NCBI GenBank assembly: GCA_951406725.2
Contig: OX597820.1
Span: forward strand, 7,564,001 to 7,628,000
Source: Octopus vulgaris
Lineage: Eukaryota
DNA: 64,000 nucleotides
Reading direction: 5' to 3'
A program made the position numbers and the translations under genes. The notes beneath the pieces were generated by a model. The model worked only from the letters and a program-made list of their open reading frames with translations. It did no database searches and was not told the origin of the DNA. Positions 26,119 to 41,362 of this stretch are shown one piece after another. How positions within the stretch are numbered: position 1 is the stretch's first letter; each line of letters opens with the position of its first letter.

Positions 26119-28425
26119 ATGGAGAAGATTGCAGCGGACACAGCTCTAAATGATATACCATTACTGGCTCGTAAAGATTACATTAAGGATATCATCGCTA
26201 AATTCCATGAATTAACATAAAGAATGAGATGGAAGGCTTTATTCGAAGATAAAGAACACAGAGCAGAAGAAAATTTATGCGATAATACCATCGAGGAACT
26301 TATCAAAATTAGAAGAAATTTTAAATCCAGAAAAGTCCACCCAGCAAACCGTAAACTAGTAAATTTCGAAGACGACTTATGGAAACTACTTTAAAATTTT
26401 GAGTTTAAGAAAAACCCTCTCAAGAAAAAAAAACCAGTTAATTAAAGTACAAAGTTAAGGAGATTAGAAAACTGAATGGAATCTTCGTACAGGCTGACAA
26501 AACTGGAATTTTATACAACGTAGACGTAGATTTATATCACAAACTGTTACATAAAGACATACTCAAGAAATACAAATTAATAAACAAAGATATTCTCAGA
26601 TCCATTAATCTTGAAACTAAGGAATTAATGAAAGAGTACGGAATTGATGAATATATGAATCCTCTAGACATAGAGTTAGCCTTAAAGACCACAAATCAGA
26701 CCTAGGAAAATTAAACAAAATTATTATATATAAACATCTACACTCCCTTAAATCAAAAATAAATTTTGCCTTTGGTCCACAATAATAGGTGCCATAAACT
26801 GGTTTATCAATACACCCGACAAAATAATGCAAATTCATTCAATTGGATATCAACGACTATTACCAGTTAATTAAACCAATATTATTAAATAAGGCACTAA
26901 TCTTCGCTAAGAACAGAACCAACTTATCTATGAAGGGAATTAAAATTATACTTGCAGCAAGGGAGACAATAATATTATATGAAGGAAAACATTGGACTAG
27001 AAAAGATACGATTGAATGCTTCGACATAGCTATGGGCGCGCAGGATTCCGCTGAAGTAACCAACTTAGTCGGAATATAACTACTGCACAAATTTAAGAAA
27101 GGATTCCCCGAATTCGAAGGTGGATTATACCGGGACGAATCCCTATTCTTAGTCAGAAACACCTCAAATAGAAAATTAAAACTCTACAAACATTCTTTTA
27201 AAAGCCAAGAACTCACTATTTGCTTTGAAAAAGATAACACGATTGACTTCCTCGACGTCAACTTCAACCTTAATCCTTCTACCTACCAGCCTTACCATAA
27301 ACTTAACACCAATATAACATACATAAATGTGCACAGTAACCATCCACACAACATTATTGAAAACCTGACCGCTAACATGGAGAGAACAATAAATTTACTA
27401 TCATGTAACAAAGAAATATTTAATAAACAAAAGGATTGTTATAACCTAGTACTTAAGAATTCAGGATATAAATATGAAATGAAGTATAACAAAAACAACA
27501 CAAGTAGATTTTAATATTAAACATGATTACAGAAATACTAAAGTTAAAATTGTATATCCTAAATAAAAAATAATGAAAACTCCCAATAATAGTCATAAAC
27601 ATAACATCAACAATAAACACGACCATCATCATTATAATAACAATACAAAAAAAACTCAAACATTACGAGTACCACAGCAGAAATAATACTCAGAAAAAGA
27701 ATAAAAATCTTAGTAATTATCACCTTTCTAACCACCCTAATGTAAATAAAGCTAAAAATACTGGCAACATAAACCATAACTATATGATTAAAGATAAAAT
27801 TAGGAACATTAAGGCAACAAACAGAAAAAAACAGGAATAATGAAAATAAGACAATTTGCTATAATGATATGAATAACCAGAATACTTTAATTAATAAAGA
27901 TAGTAATAACATAGTAAAAAAGAAATCTATACCGTGTATGAAACGATTTTACTCTGTAAATAAAACCCAATTCTTTACCAATGCAGACAGCGAGAAACCA
28001 TTTGGATAATAATTCCTTTTGCAAAACATTTAAAATCGAACTTTATTAGATCCATCAGAATAATTATTAATAAATGCTTCAAAAATACAAAATATGCAAA
28101 AATATTTCATAATAAAAACATTAGATTTGGATTTTCACTTTCTAGAAATCTTTTTAGGATAACATCTTCATTTAATAATAAGGAACTGCATCAATTCTAA
28201 CAAAACAAAATTGCTGAACCTGAACCTAGAACCTCCAACAATATTAATAATAAACGATATAATGTTACAATTAACAATATCAATACTAATAATAATCACA
28301 ACTCCACAAAATATACATATAACACTACTACACCAACCACAAATGCAATTTCAGAGACCCTAATGTTCGTAAATTAGAAAGAAATTGTAAAAAAAGGTGG
28401 TATACCAGGCGACAATTATAGCACA

Positions 28426-28504
<79 letters not shown>

Positions 28505-28900
28505 AATGGTTGTATACTGTCAGTCTAACACGAACGTGACAGCAGGGGGGTACACCACCGCTGTATAGCCCTAGGAAGCATCGACGCCTTCTGATGGCTT
28601 TGACACATTTTTCCTGTGTCCTTATATACATTTATATACGGACACAGGAAAAATGTGTCAAAGCCATCAGGAGGCGTCGATGCTTCCTAGGCTATCAGCG
28701 GTGGTGTACCCCTACTGTCACGATCGTGTTAGATTGACAGTATACAACCATTCTATCGCCCCACCACCGTACATATCTCTACGAGAGATTTAGAAATTTA
28801 GGATTTCTGATATATATATATATATATATATACGATTTAGAGAAAAACCTCTATTAAACAATTCAATGAAGTATGTCAAAAGTATTATTATTTGCAAAGT
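26119..28900 (+). pseudogene. Decayed Penelope-like ORF (RT, with the EN end remaining only as a remnant)
   Basis: MEKIAAD..DIP..RMRWKA; QADKTG; FDIAMGAQDSAEVTNLVG; GGLYRDE; DFLDVNFNL; SNHPH; IWIIIPF. Many stops and frameshifts. Confidence 0.88.
28504..28753. repeat. 250-bp fold-back element with TA-rich centre (duplicate at 31430-31681)
   Basis: gaatggttgtatactgtca...tgacagtatacaaccattc; arms of ~118 bp. Confidence 0.9.
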
Positions 28901-29090
28901 AATTTTACGACCATATATAGCCAAACCCTTTCGTTCTCACCTAATACTTAGCAAGAAAAATAATTTTGACATAACTTTTAGGATTTTCTCTAAATTATAT
29001 AAATATATTATATATATTGTAAAATTTGATTTAAAATTGTTAAATTGAATTTTTCCCTGTAAGATTTGGAATTATATTCCTTATTATATA

Positions 29091-29156
<66 letters not shown>

Positions 29157-29224
29157 TGTGTGTGTGTGTGTATTTATTTACATATGCATATGTGTATTTG
29201 TACATGTATATGTATGTGTATCTA

Positions 29225-29279
<55 letters not shown>

Positions 29280-30044
29280 CATACATGCCTGAACTTATAT
29301 AACGTGTATTTTTATTCATTACGAACATATATAGCCAAATTAGTTCCTACTTAATACTTAGCAAGAATAATACTTTTGACATTACTTTTTCTATATATAC
29401 AAAATATTCCTTTTGTATAACATTATCCTACACATTCAATACTTTTATCATTAATCTCTCTTTCTTTTACTCTCACCATTCCCCCTCTCCCAGTACACCC
29501 CATACTTGATTGTTATTTCTTCTTATTTATCTCCCCTACACTAATACAATTTCTTTTCCTTTTCACCCTCTCCTAATTTATTAACTTATCGCTTCTATAT
29601 TTCTCTTCTTACTACATCTAAAATGTTCTTTTATCTCTCTTCTTAACAATATACTTCGTAAATATTATACAACCTTAAGCGTCGTCGTATTTGCCTTTGA
29701 ATTACCACTTTTCCCCCCATTTTCTCCTTCATTATACTTCCATGTTACCTTAATACGGATCTTGAATAAACAAGGATCCTTAATAGACATCCACTTCATT
29801 CTTTTTAATTTCTCCTCAAATCCTTATATTTTCATAAATGACTACATTAACCTTCTAGTTTTAGATTTACAAACATAATTTCTTACGCTAAACTTTCTTC
29901 ATCTGTTTATGATTTAAAAAAAAATACCAAGTAGTGTTTTCAACCGTTAGATTTAACTTACATTAATTAGTTAATGTTTTCACATTGAACATTTCTCTAA
30001 CTAACTCACCCTATGCTGCATATATAGAGTTTTAATTAGCATAT

Positions 30045-30269
30045 CATGGCCATTGCCAGCTTCGCCTGGCACCTGTGCTGGTGGCACATAAAAAGCACCC
30101 ACTACACTCACGGAGTGGTTGGCATTAGGAAGGGCATCCAGCTGTAGAAACACTGCCAGATCAGACTGGAGCCTGGTGCAGCCTTCTGGCTTCCCAGATC
30201 CCGGTCGAACCGTCCAACCCATGCTAGAATGGAAACCGGACGTTAAACGATGATGATGATGATGATGAT
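30045..30269 (+). mobile_element. LINE/SINE 3' end with (GAT)n tail, RTE-like (duplicate at 32967-33190)
   Basis: aggaagggcatccagctgtagaaac...ggacgttaaacgatgatgatg. Confidence 0.7.
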
Positions 30270-30517
30270 CTTTACTACTCTATAGAGAGAAAGTTATTGA
30301 TATCAATATATTTATATCATCCCCTAACCGTTCATCCGTTAGCTGTGATTTAATAATTGACATGACTTCCATCACTATCACACATAGATAGGAACAGATA
30401 AACACGAAACTCATAGATCCAAATTCTCTGCTCCTTTTTAAGTTCCTATAATTATTTTTCTCTGCATTGATGAGTACTTTGATATTTACAAATTCTAAAA
30501 TGAATTTATATCTATGT

Positions 30518-30617
30518 NNNNNNNNNNNNNNNNNNNNNNNNNNNNNNNNNNNNNNNNNNNNNNNNNNNNNNNNNNNNNNNNNNNNNNNNNNNNNNNNNNN
30601 NNNNNNNNNNNNNNNNN
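30518..30617. other. Assembly gap (100 N)
   Basis: Run of n. Confidence 1.
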
Positions 30618-31351
30618 AGAAAAAGAATAAAAATCTTAGTAATTATCACCTTTCTAACCACCCTAATGTAAATAAAGCTAAAAATACTGGCAACATAAAC
30701 CATAACTATATGATTAAAGATAAAATTAGGAACATTAAGGCAACAAACAGAAAAAAACAGGAATAATGAAAATAAGACAATTTGCTATAATGATATGAAT
30801 AACCAGAATACTTTAATTAATAAAGATAGTAATAACATAGTAAAAAAGAAATCTATACCGTGTATGAAACGATTTTACTCTGTAAATAAAACCCAATTCT
30901 TTACCAATGCAGACAGCGAGAAACCATTTGGATAATAATTCCTTTTGCAAAACATTTAAAATCGAACTTTATTAGATCCATCAGAATAATTATTAATAAA
31001 TGCTTCAAAAATACAAAATATGCAAAAATATTTCATAATAAAAACATTAGATTTGGATTTTCACTTTCTAGAAATCTTTTTAGGATAACATCTTCATTTA
31101 ATAATAAGGAACTGCATCAATTCTAACAAAACAAAATTGCTGAACCTGAACCTAGAACCTCCAACAATATTAATAATAAACGATATAATGTTACAATTAA
31201 CAATATCAATACTAATAATAATCACAACTCCACAAAATATACATATAACACTACTACACCAACCACAAATGCAATTTCAGAGACCCTAATGTTCGTAAAT
31301 TAGAAAGAAATTGTAAAAAAAGGTGGTATACCAGGCGACAATTATAGCACA

Positions 31352-31430
<79 letters not shown>

Positions 31431-32018
31431 AATGGTTGTATACTGTCAGTCTAACACGAACGTGACAGCAGGGGGGGTACACCACCGCTGTATAGCCCTA
31501 GGAAGCATCGACGCCTTCTGATGGCTTTGACACATTTTTCCTGTGTCCTTATATACATTTATATACGGACACAGGAAAAATGTGTCAAAGCCATCAGGAG
31601 GCGTCGATGCTTCCTAGGCTATACAGCGGTGGTGTACCCCTACTGTCACGATCGTGTTAGATTGACAGTATACAACCATTCTATCGCCCCACCACCGTAC
31701 ATATCTCTACGAGAGATTTAGAAATTTAGTATTTCTGATATATATATATATATATATATACGATTTAGAGAAAAACCTCTATTAAACAATTCAATGAAGT
31801 ATGTCAAAAGTATTATTATTTGCAAAGTAATTTTACGACCATATATAGCCAAACCCTTTCGTTCTCACCTAATACTTAGCAAGAAAAATAATTTTGACAT
31901 AACTTTTAGGATTTTCTCTAAATTATATAAATATATTATATATATTGTAAAATTTGATTTAAAATTGTTAAATTGAATTTTTCCCTGTAAGATTTGGAAT
32001 TATATTCCTTATTATATA

Positions 32019-32080
<62 letters not shown>

Positions 32081-32148
32081 TGTGTGTGTGTGTGTATTTA
32101 TTTACATATGCATATGTGTATTTGTACATGTATATGTATGTGTATCTA

Positions 32149-32203
<55 letters not shown>

Positions 32204-33327
32204 CATACATGCCCTGAACTTATATAACGTGTATTTTTATTCATTATGTATGTATATAGCCAAATTAGTTCCTACTTAATACTTAGCAAGAATAATACTT
32301 TTGACATTACTTTTTCTATATATACAAAATATTCCTTTTGTATAACATTATCCTACACATTCAATACTTTTATCATTAATCTCTCTTTCTTTTACTCTCA
32401 CCATTCCCCCTCTCCCAGTACACCCCATACTTGATTGTTATTTCTTCTTATTTATCTCCCCTACACTAATACAATTTCTTTTCCTTTTCACCCTCTCCTA
32501 ATTTATTAACTTATCGCTTCTATATTTCTCTTCTTACTACATCTAAAATGTTCTTTTATCTCTCTTCTTAACAATATACTTCGTAAATATTATACAACCT
32601 TAAGCGTCGTCGTATTTGCCTTTGAATTACCACTTTTCCCCCATTTTCTCCTTCATTATACTTCCATGTTACCTTAATACGGATCTTGAATAAACAAGGA
32701 TCCTTAATAGACATCCACTTCATTCTTTTTAATTTCTCCTCAAATCCTTATATTTTCATAAATGACTACATTAACCTTCTAGTTTTAGATTTACAAACAT
32801 AATTTCTTACGCTAAACTTTCTTCATCTGTTTATGATTTAAAAAAATACCAAGTAGTGTTTTCAACCGTTAGATTTAACTTACATTAATTAGTTAATGTT
32901 TTCACATTGAACATTTCTCTAACTAACTCACCCTATGCTGCATATATAGAGTTTTAATTAGCATATCATGGCCATTGCCAGCTTCGCCTGGCACCTGTGC
33001 TGGTGGCACATAAAAAGCACCCACTACACTCACGGAGTGGTTGGCATTAGGAAGGGCATCCAGCTGTAGAAACACTGCCAGATCAGACTGGAGCCTGGTG
33101 CAGCCTTCTGGCTTCCCAGATCCCGGTCGAACCGTCCAACCCATGCTAGAATGGAAACCGGACGTTAAACGATGATGATGATGATGATGATCTTTACTAC
33201 TCTATAGAGAGAAAGTTATTGATATCAATATATTTATATCATCCCCTAACCGTTCATCCGTTAGCTGTGATTTAATAATTGACATGACTTCCATCACTAT
33301 CACACATAGATAGGAACAGATAAACAC

Positions 33328-33717
33328 GAAACTCATAGATCCAAATTCTCTGCTCCTTTTTAAGTTCCTATAATTATTTTTTCTCTGCATTGATGAGTAC
33401 TTTGATATTTACAAATTCTAAAATGAATTTATATCTATGTACGAAACGATTGTATGCATGGGTAAACTTCTTACAAATTTTTAACATCTTATCTCCACCA
33501 TTTTTGACAAATATGATTGGATTTGTAGGACTTCATTCCATAAATTAATCATACTCTTAATATACTAATCCTACTTTCCATATCTTCGCCAATTTACACC
33601 AGTAAACTCTCAGCAATGTATGAAGAATCAATGTTAGAAATGTTTTTGGAAACCATTCCAAATAAAGGGCGAATCCACATTCAACCTTTTACAGACGTAT
33701 CTATGTGCATATGTATG

Positions 33718-33718
<1 letters not shown>
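33328..33718 (+). repeat. 3' pseudo-LTR of the Penelope-like element, ending at (TA)n
   Basis: Direct repeat of 25582-25972. Confidence 0.75.
33386..33458 (+). ncRNA. Type I hammerhead motif with long stem II (C3U substitution)
   Basis: tgca-TTGATGA-gtac..gatat..aaattc/gaattt..atatc..gtac-GAAAC-gatt-GTA-tgca. Confidence 0.7.
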
Positions 33719-33790
<72 letters not shown>

Positions 33791-33841
33791 ATATATGTGT
33801 ATATATATATATATATATATGTGTATATATATGTAAATATA

Positions 33842-33876
<35 letters not shown>

Positions 33877-33891
33877 GCATATTTATGTATG

Positions 33892-33935
<44 letters not shown>

Positions 33936-33961
33936 CATATATCTATATATATATATATATA

Positions 33962-34200
33962 TAATTTTAATCCAAACGGGAAAACAAAAAAACAACAACA
34001 ATGGAACAATTACAGTATTATTATTAATAGGCGCTCAGGAAATGGAAGCAGGAGGGTATGACGTTTCGAGCGGAGCTCTTCGTCGGAAACATAAAGAAGG
34101 AAGAGAGAGGAAAGAAAGATCCCAAAGCGGGCAACAGGGATAGAGAAAAAAAACGACTGGTGTTTACGAGTTACACATGGTGAAAGGCGGAAGTTTACGA
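33962..34200 (-). mobile_element. PLE-terminal repeat family M with minimal hammerhead at 34056-34090
   Basis: Minus strand: gttt-cCGACGA-a-gagc(tcc)gctc-GAAACGTC. Same family as 37915-38118; abuts (TA)n. Confidence 0.65.
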
Positions 34201-35019
34201 TTTCAAGAGCAAAGTAGGTTTTTAAAAGCAAAAGAGTGGAGACAAGGTTGGTAACGCAACAGATGTGTGTGTATGTGTGAGTGTGTGCGTGTGCGTGTGT
34301 GTATGTGTGTGTGTGAGGCGAGATAAAAAAACAAAAAATATATGTATGTGTTAGTGTGTGCGTCTGTGTGTAGGCGTGTGAGGTAGGGCGAGACAGTGGT
34401 AGGCATAGCAGACACTGGTCAGTAGTAAGAAAAAAAAAAAATATATATATATATATAGACAAAATGGGTTAGGAGAAATATTTGACGTAGCCAGTGGCAT
34501 GTGTTTAATTAACATAGACAAACACTATGTCGAATACTCTAAATGAAAATTCTTGACTAAATTATCGCTGCCATTGGATGATGTATTATTTTTACCATGT
34601 AGAAATTAAGAAAAGTACCAATTAAGGAGGAAAGATAATCACATTATACACTATACATCACATTTTTCCTAAGGCACTGCTTATTAAAGCGACACGGTGA
34701 TTTATTACGAAAGTTACATAGAGCATGATGAATCTGATTATTTCTATTTATAATGGGTTCTGCTTGACTATCCTTAATATATCATTATTGGAATAAGGTA
34801 TATCAATGTGTTGAGCATTTGCAGTCAAGTTTGTATCGCAGTCATGCATGTGGTTAGGAGTCACGGTATTCACTGGACCAGTACCTTAAGAAAAACATAG
34901 CAAATAAGTGCTCTATTACTGCTCTTAGCAAAGAGCATGTTCATATTTTCGCGTCCTCATCTTCAATCAAACTTCGCTGAAGTAAACGCAAATATACATT
35001 TAGTTTGAATTTAGGATGA

Positions 35020-35220
35020 GGGAGTTTGGCGTTGATGCCCTTGTCTGTGTTTCGTGCCTTGCGGTAGGTTTATCCGGAACTCTTGACAGAAGGAGATCCA
35101 GTTTTGTTTTGATAATGCCTAATCCATATCATGCAGGTCTCTCAGGCTTTGTGGGAGGATACTGGAGTGCTGTGGGCCCTTGAAGCCCAAGCTGTTGCAG
35201 TATCTGGGCCTGTATCCTGA
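35020..35220 (-). pseudogene. CR1/L2-like LINE ORF2 C-terminal fragment
   Basis: Translates to YCNSLGFKGPQ..ILPQSLRDL, then KLDLLLSRVPDKP in another frame. Confidence 0.55.
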
Positions 35221-35756
35221 TATAAATATCTATGTGTGTGTGTGAGTGTGGTTTCATATACGTATGTCTATATGCATATATGTGTGTGTTTATGGCTATT
35301 TATGTATGTGTGTATACATGTTTCCATGTATGTAAGCCTGTATATATACATATTTGTGTATGTATATATGCAGCTGAAGAAACGTCTGGGGTGTGTATCT
35401 GCATAGGATATGCTCTGCCTTTCATTCTTCAGAGAGTGACATCAGAATCCGTCGTTGTTATTAAGGGGTGAGGTGACAACATCTTATGCACGCCGATCAT
35501 TCTGTTAAGCGGTGTTTGATCCTTTCGGGATCGATAAATTGTCACCTGTTGAATACTCTGGTGAATGTAATTGACACTATCCCCTTCTCCCAAATTGTTG
35601 GCTTTGTGTCAAAATTTAAACCCTTTATATATTATATTATAATGAATGGGTTACATTTTTCAATAAATAAGCAATCATACAACAAGGAGCACACAGCGTA
35701 TGCAACAGTCTAAGCCATGGTGATAACTGCGAAATAAACGAGAGTCATCAGCAAAC

Positions 35757-36177
<421 letters not shown>

Positions 36178-36570
36178 ATTGAGTGAGAGAGAAGTGCATG
36201 CCATCACAGGGACACTGGGGTAAAATATATGAAGCCCTATATACCCATCATGACTACCTGTCTGATGAGGGTACACCATGCACATGCATCATAACCATAT
36301 GTGCGCGACATAGTGATCTCATATCAAGATAAACAGCGCATGACCTTGCAGGGGGGGCTCAGTTAGAATTTTCTTCTGGTCGAGTGGCCCATCCACTCAA
36401 AAGGTCCCTGAATAAGGACTGTTTAAGGGTATTAAACAAAACACCCATATTTCCAAAGGTGAATTATTCAAACCCCAAAGAATTCCTTTCAATACATGGC
36501 TATGATGTTCCCCCACTACTTCTGCTCATGATTGCAGAGGTCACCGTTATCAACTGCCTGACTTCACTTC
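36178..36570 (-). mobile_element. Retroelement 3' end adjoining the (TAA)n tail
   Basis: Complex sequence fused to a simple-repeat tail; family recognition only. Confidence 0.45.
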
Positions 36571-36883
36571 CGGCAGGGTGCTGTTATGGAATTTTTGTCG
36601 TACGCTGTATTATGTTACATCCAGCAATAATTCATCCAGCATATTCAAGCATTTCTTACGCAATAGTTCAACATTTCAAGGCGATTTGTCTACTAAATTT
36701 ATTCAAATGTTACTTGCTGTAAGCCTCAGACTTGCAAATATATTTATCTGCAGATATGAATATTTTCTGAAATGAATTCTTGTTTCTTCTACGATTATTC
36801 AGTACATCCAGAAGTAGTATGAACAAACTTTTGTTTTACAGTCCTTTTACATATAAATATATTAAGGAGATTCATATATATAA

Positions 36884-37050
36884 GGCGCAGGAGTGGCTGT
36901 GTGGTAAGTAGCTTGTTTACCACACAGCCACTCGTTCAGTCCCACTGCGTGGCAGCTTGGGCAAGTGTCTTCTACTATAGCCTCGGGCCGACCAAAGCCT
37001 TGTGAGTGGATTTGGTAGACGGAAACTGAAAGAAGCCCGTCGTATATATG

Positions 37051-37091
<41 letters not shown>

Positions 37092-37300
37092 TTTGTGTGT
37101 CTGTGTTTGTCCCCCTAGCATTGCTTGACAACCGATGCTGGTGTGTTTATGTCCACGTTACTTAGCGGTTCGGCAAAAGAGACCGATAGAATAAGTACTG
37201 GGCTTACAAAAGAATAGGTCCCGGGGTCGAGTTGCTCGATTGAAGGCGGTGCTCCAGCATGGCCGCAGTCAAATGACTGAAACAAGTAAAAGAGTAAAGA
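36884..37300 (+). mobile_element. tRNA-derived SINE with internal (TA)/(TG) tract
   Basis: A-box tggctgtgtggtaag, B-box-like gttcagtccc, CORE-like ttgggcaagtgtctt, tail aaaagagtaaaga. Partial copies at 20495 and 60710. Confidence 0.8.
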
Positions 37301-37405
37301 GTATATACATGCATTTGCATACATGTGTGTGTGTGTTTTTTTTCATATTTACTACGGATTGCTTGACGCTAACTTTCTGCCTACACCTCGATCCGTGGAT
37401 CTTAT

Positions 37406-37452
<47 letters not shown>

Positions 37453-37828
37453 TGTGTTTGTGTAAACATGTAAGGTCGGGGATTGCAGTGCACGCAGAAA
37501 GTTAGCTTCAAGCAATCTGTAATAAATATAAAACAACATTCAGGGACAATAGTGGATTATTGAGACGGAAGTTTGAGGACTTTTTCGTATCGAAGTAAGA
37601 TAAACCGAAGATGTTCTATTCATATTTCATGTTAGGCAACCAGGTCTGCTGAGTGTGCGAATAAGAATACAAGAGTTACGAAATGGGGTACATAAGATCC
37701 GGGTTACATATATTTCATAGCGAACGGAACCTCAGAAATGGTAAATATCCAGGCAAGGTGTATACTGCAAGCTACACTTCAGGCCAAGGATATCTTGATT
37801 AAATGAAAGTTTACATTCCGCAAGGAAA

Positions 37829-38224
<396 letters not shown>

Positions 38225-38449
38225 GTATGGGGGTTTAGTTCACAGGTGATCAGTATTAAAATAAAAAAATTTAATTACCGAATCAATACGAATTAAATAC
38301 CGACATATATGAATATTTTAAAAATTATAAATATGTACAAATATTCATAGTACCACATGTAAACAGAATCCATGTGGTATAATTTTGGGAAAAAGTTTGA
38401 GGAAAAGAGAACTGGTGAATTTTTTTTCTGTACTTAAGATTAAGAGCGG

Positions 38450-39005
38450 TTAAGTGTTCAATTTAAAAGATCCATAAAATTCAATGTTTTTTTCTTAATA
38501 AATATATAAATGTTATATAATACAATTCGCGGAAACCCACTTTTTACGGCCGTTTCCAGAGTTCATATACTAGTGGAAAAATTAATAGGACATGAACTCT
38601 GGAAACGACCGTAGAATGTAGACTTCCTAGAATTGTATTATATACCGGTAGCAGTATCGCCCGGCGTTGCTCGGGTTTGTAAGGGAAATAACTATATAAG
38701 CATTTTTAGAGAGTTACTTCCCTTATATAATAGCAAAAAATTCATTCAGAATGGAAAAATTGATGGTAATTTTTTTTTTTTAGTCGTAGACTCCTCGTAG
38801 ACGCGCGCTAATACCCAGAAGGGCTCGATATGAATCACGACTATAAGATACCCGCTTTTGGTTAAACTGCACCGCAAAATGTGGGAGTAGTTAGGAATCT
38901 AAAGCGTAGGAGACAGACACCACACAACTTCAGTTTTATATAGAGAGATTTATATATTTTAATGCAAAACAGATTGAATTTTATGGATGTTTAAATTGGA
39001 ACCCC
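38450..39005. mobile_element. Palindromic MITE interrupted by a Helitron
   Basis: Outer caatttaaaagatccataaaattcaat / attgaattttatggatgtttaaattg; inner tacggccgtttccagagttcat / atgaactctggaaacgaccgta. Confidence 0.7.
38648..38948 (-). mobile_element. Non-autonomous Helitron, family A
   Basis: Same hairpin and body as the other copies. Confidence 0.85.
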
Positions 39006-39157
39006 CTACTCGAATGGACCATCATATCACAAAACTTGACTTTATAAAAGATCTATTTAAGCCTAGCAGGTGGTGCTATTAAGTTAGACATTGACTGGAC
39101 CAATCTTTGGTCGAAACATATCTAAGTTATCAATGTTATAAGTGTATGTGTGCGTAT

Positions 39158-39278
<121 letters not shown>

Positions 39279-39650
39279 TTTAAGGTGTGTTCCGTTAGTA
39301 CAAAATGGAACTTGTTGACCCTTAGATTTACCAAGTAGCCGGTAGTATTACGGTATACTTCCAAGACTAGGTTTAGGCATTCGTTGTATGTGAAAATAAA
39401 ATTGAATAAGATGGAGTTAACATAACGGAGTACGGTTGGGCAGCTATTTAATAATCACTACACATAGTTCCATGCAACCTTGATCATTATATTTACAGGA
39501 TTTGAGTTAAGGAATGGTTTACCTGTATAATGGGGTCAAGTTGTATATCTTCAGGTGGTATACAATTGCTGTCCCCATTAGTCACAGAACCTTCGACTCA
39601 ATCTCATTCAATTTATTTTCACACACGACATATATATATATATGTATGTT

Positions 39651-39715
<65 letters not shown>

Positions 39716-39737
39716 ATATACATATATATATGTACAT

Positions 39738-39811
<74 letters not shown>

Positions 39812-39870
39812 GGATTGATACATATATACATATACATATATATATATAAGTATACACACACACACACATA

Positions 39871-39949
<79 letters not shown>

Positions 39950-39971
39950 ATGTGTGTGCGTGTGTGTGTGT

Positions 39972-40266
39972 GGAGGCGCAATGGCCCAGTGGTTAGGGCA
40001 GCGGACTCACGGTCGTAGCGTCGCGCTTTCGATTCTCAGACCGGTTGTTTTGGGTGTTTATTGAGCGAAAATACCTAAAGCTCCACGAGCTCCGGCAGGG
40101 GGTGGTAGCGATCCCTGCTGTACTCTTCCGCCACAACTTTCTCTCACTGTTTCTTCTGTTGGCCTACTCGCTTAGCCAGCGGGGTGGCGTCATTTCAAGG
40201 CTAAAACAACGCGAAGCGCTTTGTGACCAGCGATGTTTAGCAACATCAGATAGCCTGGTGATCACG

Positions 40267-40270
<4 letters not shown>
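39972..40270 (+). mobile_element. tRNA-derived SINE (third family)
   Basis: ggcgcaatggcccagtggttag A box and ttcgattct B-box-like; non-tRNA body ends in (TA)n. Confidence 0.65.
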
Positions 40271-40320
<50 letters not shown>

Positions 40321-40321
<1 letters not shown>

Positions 40322-41290
40322 GGATGTCTTACATGAAATGTCGCATTTAAAAAAAGAAACATTAAAATGGCTTTTTAAGTTTACAATTATAAACTGTTCG
40401 AATGCTTCAATTAACTCTTTCTTTAATGTGTTATTGCGTATAGTAAGCTCGAAGTGTTTAAATATATTTGATAATCAGTAGCAGATATATTAGAAGAATA
40501 AGGAAGAATCCCAAAATTTCATAATTCAAGCTTTTCCGCTTATGGATCGTAGCTTGAGAAGTGTGAGACCGTGCATTATCATGAAGCCAAATTGGGCCAT
40601 CTCTATTCACTTAGCTGGGTTGCTTCTTTTTTTAATATTTCATACAGACAATCAATTTCCCGGAGTCGATAAAAAATGGTTCTCTTTCCAACCAAGAAAT
40701 CAATATGGAACACACTGTAAGGCGTCTATTTCTTTGAATCTCATTAAAGTGAGGGGAAACAAACTTATCCATCTTTTTGACTTTTCCAATTTTCTTCAAG
40801 TGTCGCGAAGCAGTTGCGGGAGATGTCTGATCCGATTTTTCAGACCGTTGTTCTCGGATTTCGTTTAACCAAAGCATTCAATTCAGCATGCCGAATAACT
40901 GATTTTGGTCTCCCTCTTGGTTCGTTTTTAAGACTTTCATTTTCTGAACGAAATCTTGGGAACCATCTCTGAACAGTTCTAATGTCAACGGAAGCCCGTT
41001 GTAGACAAAATAACGTAACCAACATGTAACCGAAAGCCCGCTTGATGTTTCGTAGAGCTTCGTTGCCAGAGTGACCCAACTTGTATTCGTACAAGAAAAT
41101 CACTCGATATTGTTCAGTTGTCAACATTGTCAAACGAGCTGTGGGTAGCAATTTTGAATAATAGCACTGTCTAGGAAGAGAAGGAGTTAAGTGTAAACAC
41201 TAGCATATACATAGAAACTCATCAAAAATCCATTTATAGATGATTCATAAGAAACCCATTTACAATACGATATTTCATGTGAGAAAACCT

Positions 41291-41291
<1 letters not shown>
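40321..41291 (-). mobile_element. Internally deleted mariner transposon
   Basis: Imperfect TIRs (tcttacatgaaatgtcg / cgatatttcatgtgaga). RVIFLYEYKLG, TVQRWFPRFRSENESLKNEPRGRP and RHLKKIGKVKKMDK motifs. Confidence 0.88.

Positions 41292-41292
<1 letters not shown>

Positions 41293-41362
<70 letters not shown>

Larger units (their letters stand above)
27692..33440. repeat. Near-identical 2.8 kb direct duplication (27692-30517 and 30618-33440) around a gap
   Basis: Inner boundaries coincide exactly with the N run; only a few differences. Confidence 0.95.

Noticed and set aside
39972-40045. tRNA gene
   Set aside because: A and B boxes only; no acceptor stem, and it continues into a SINE body.
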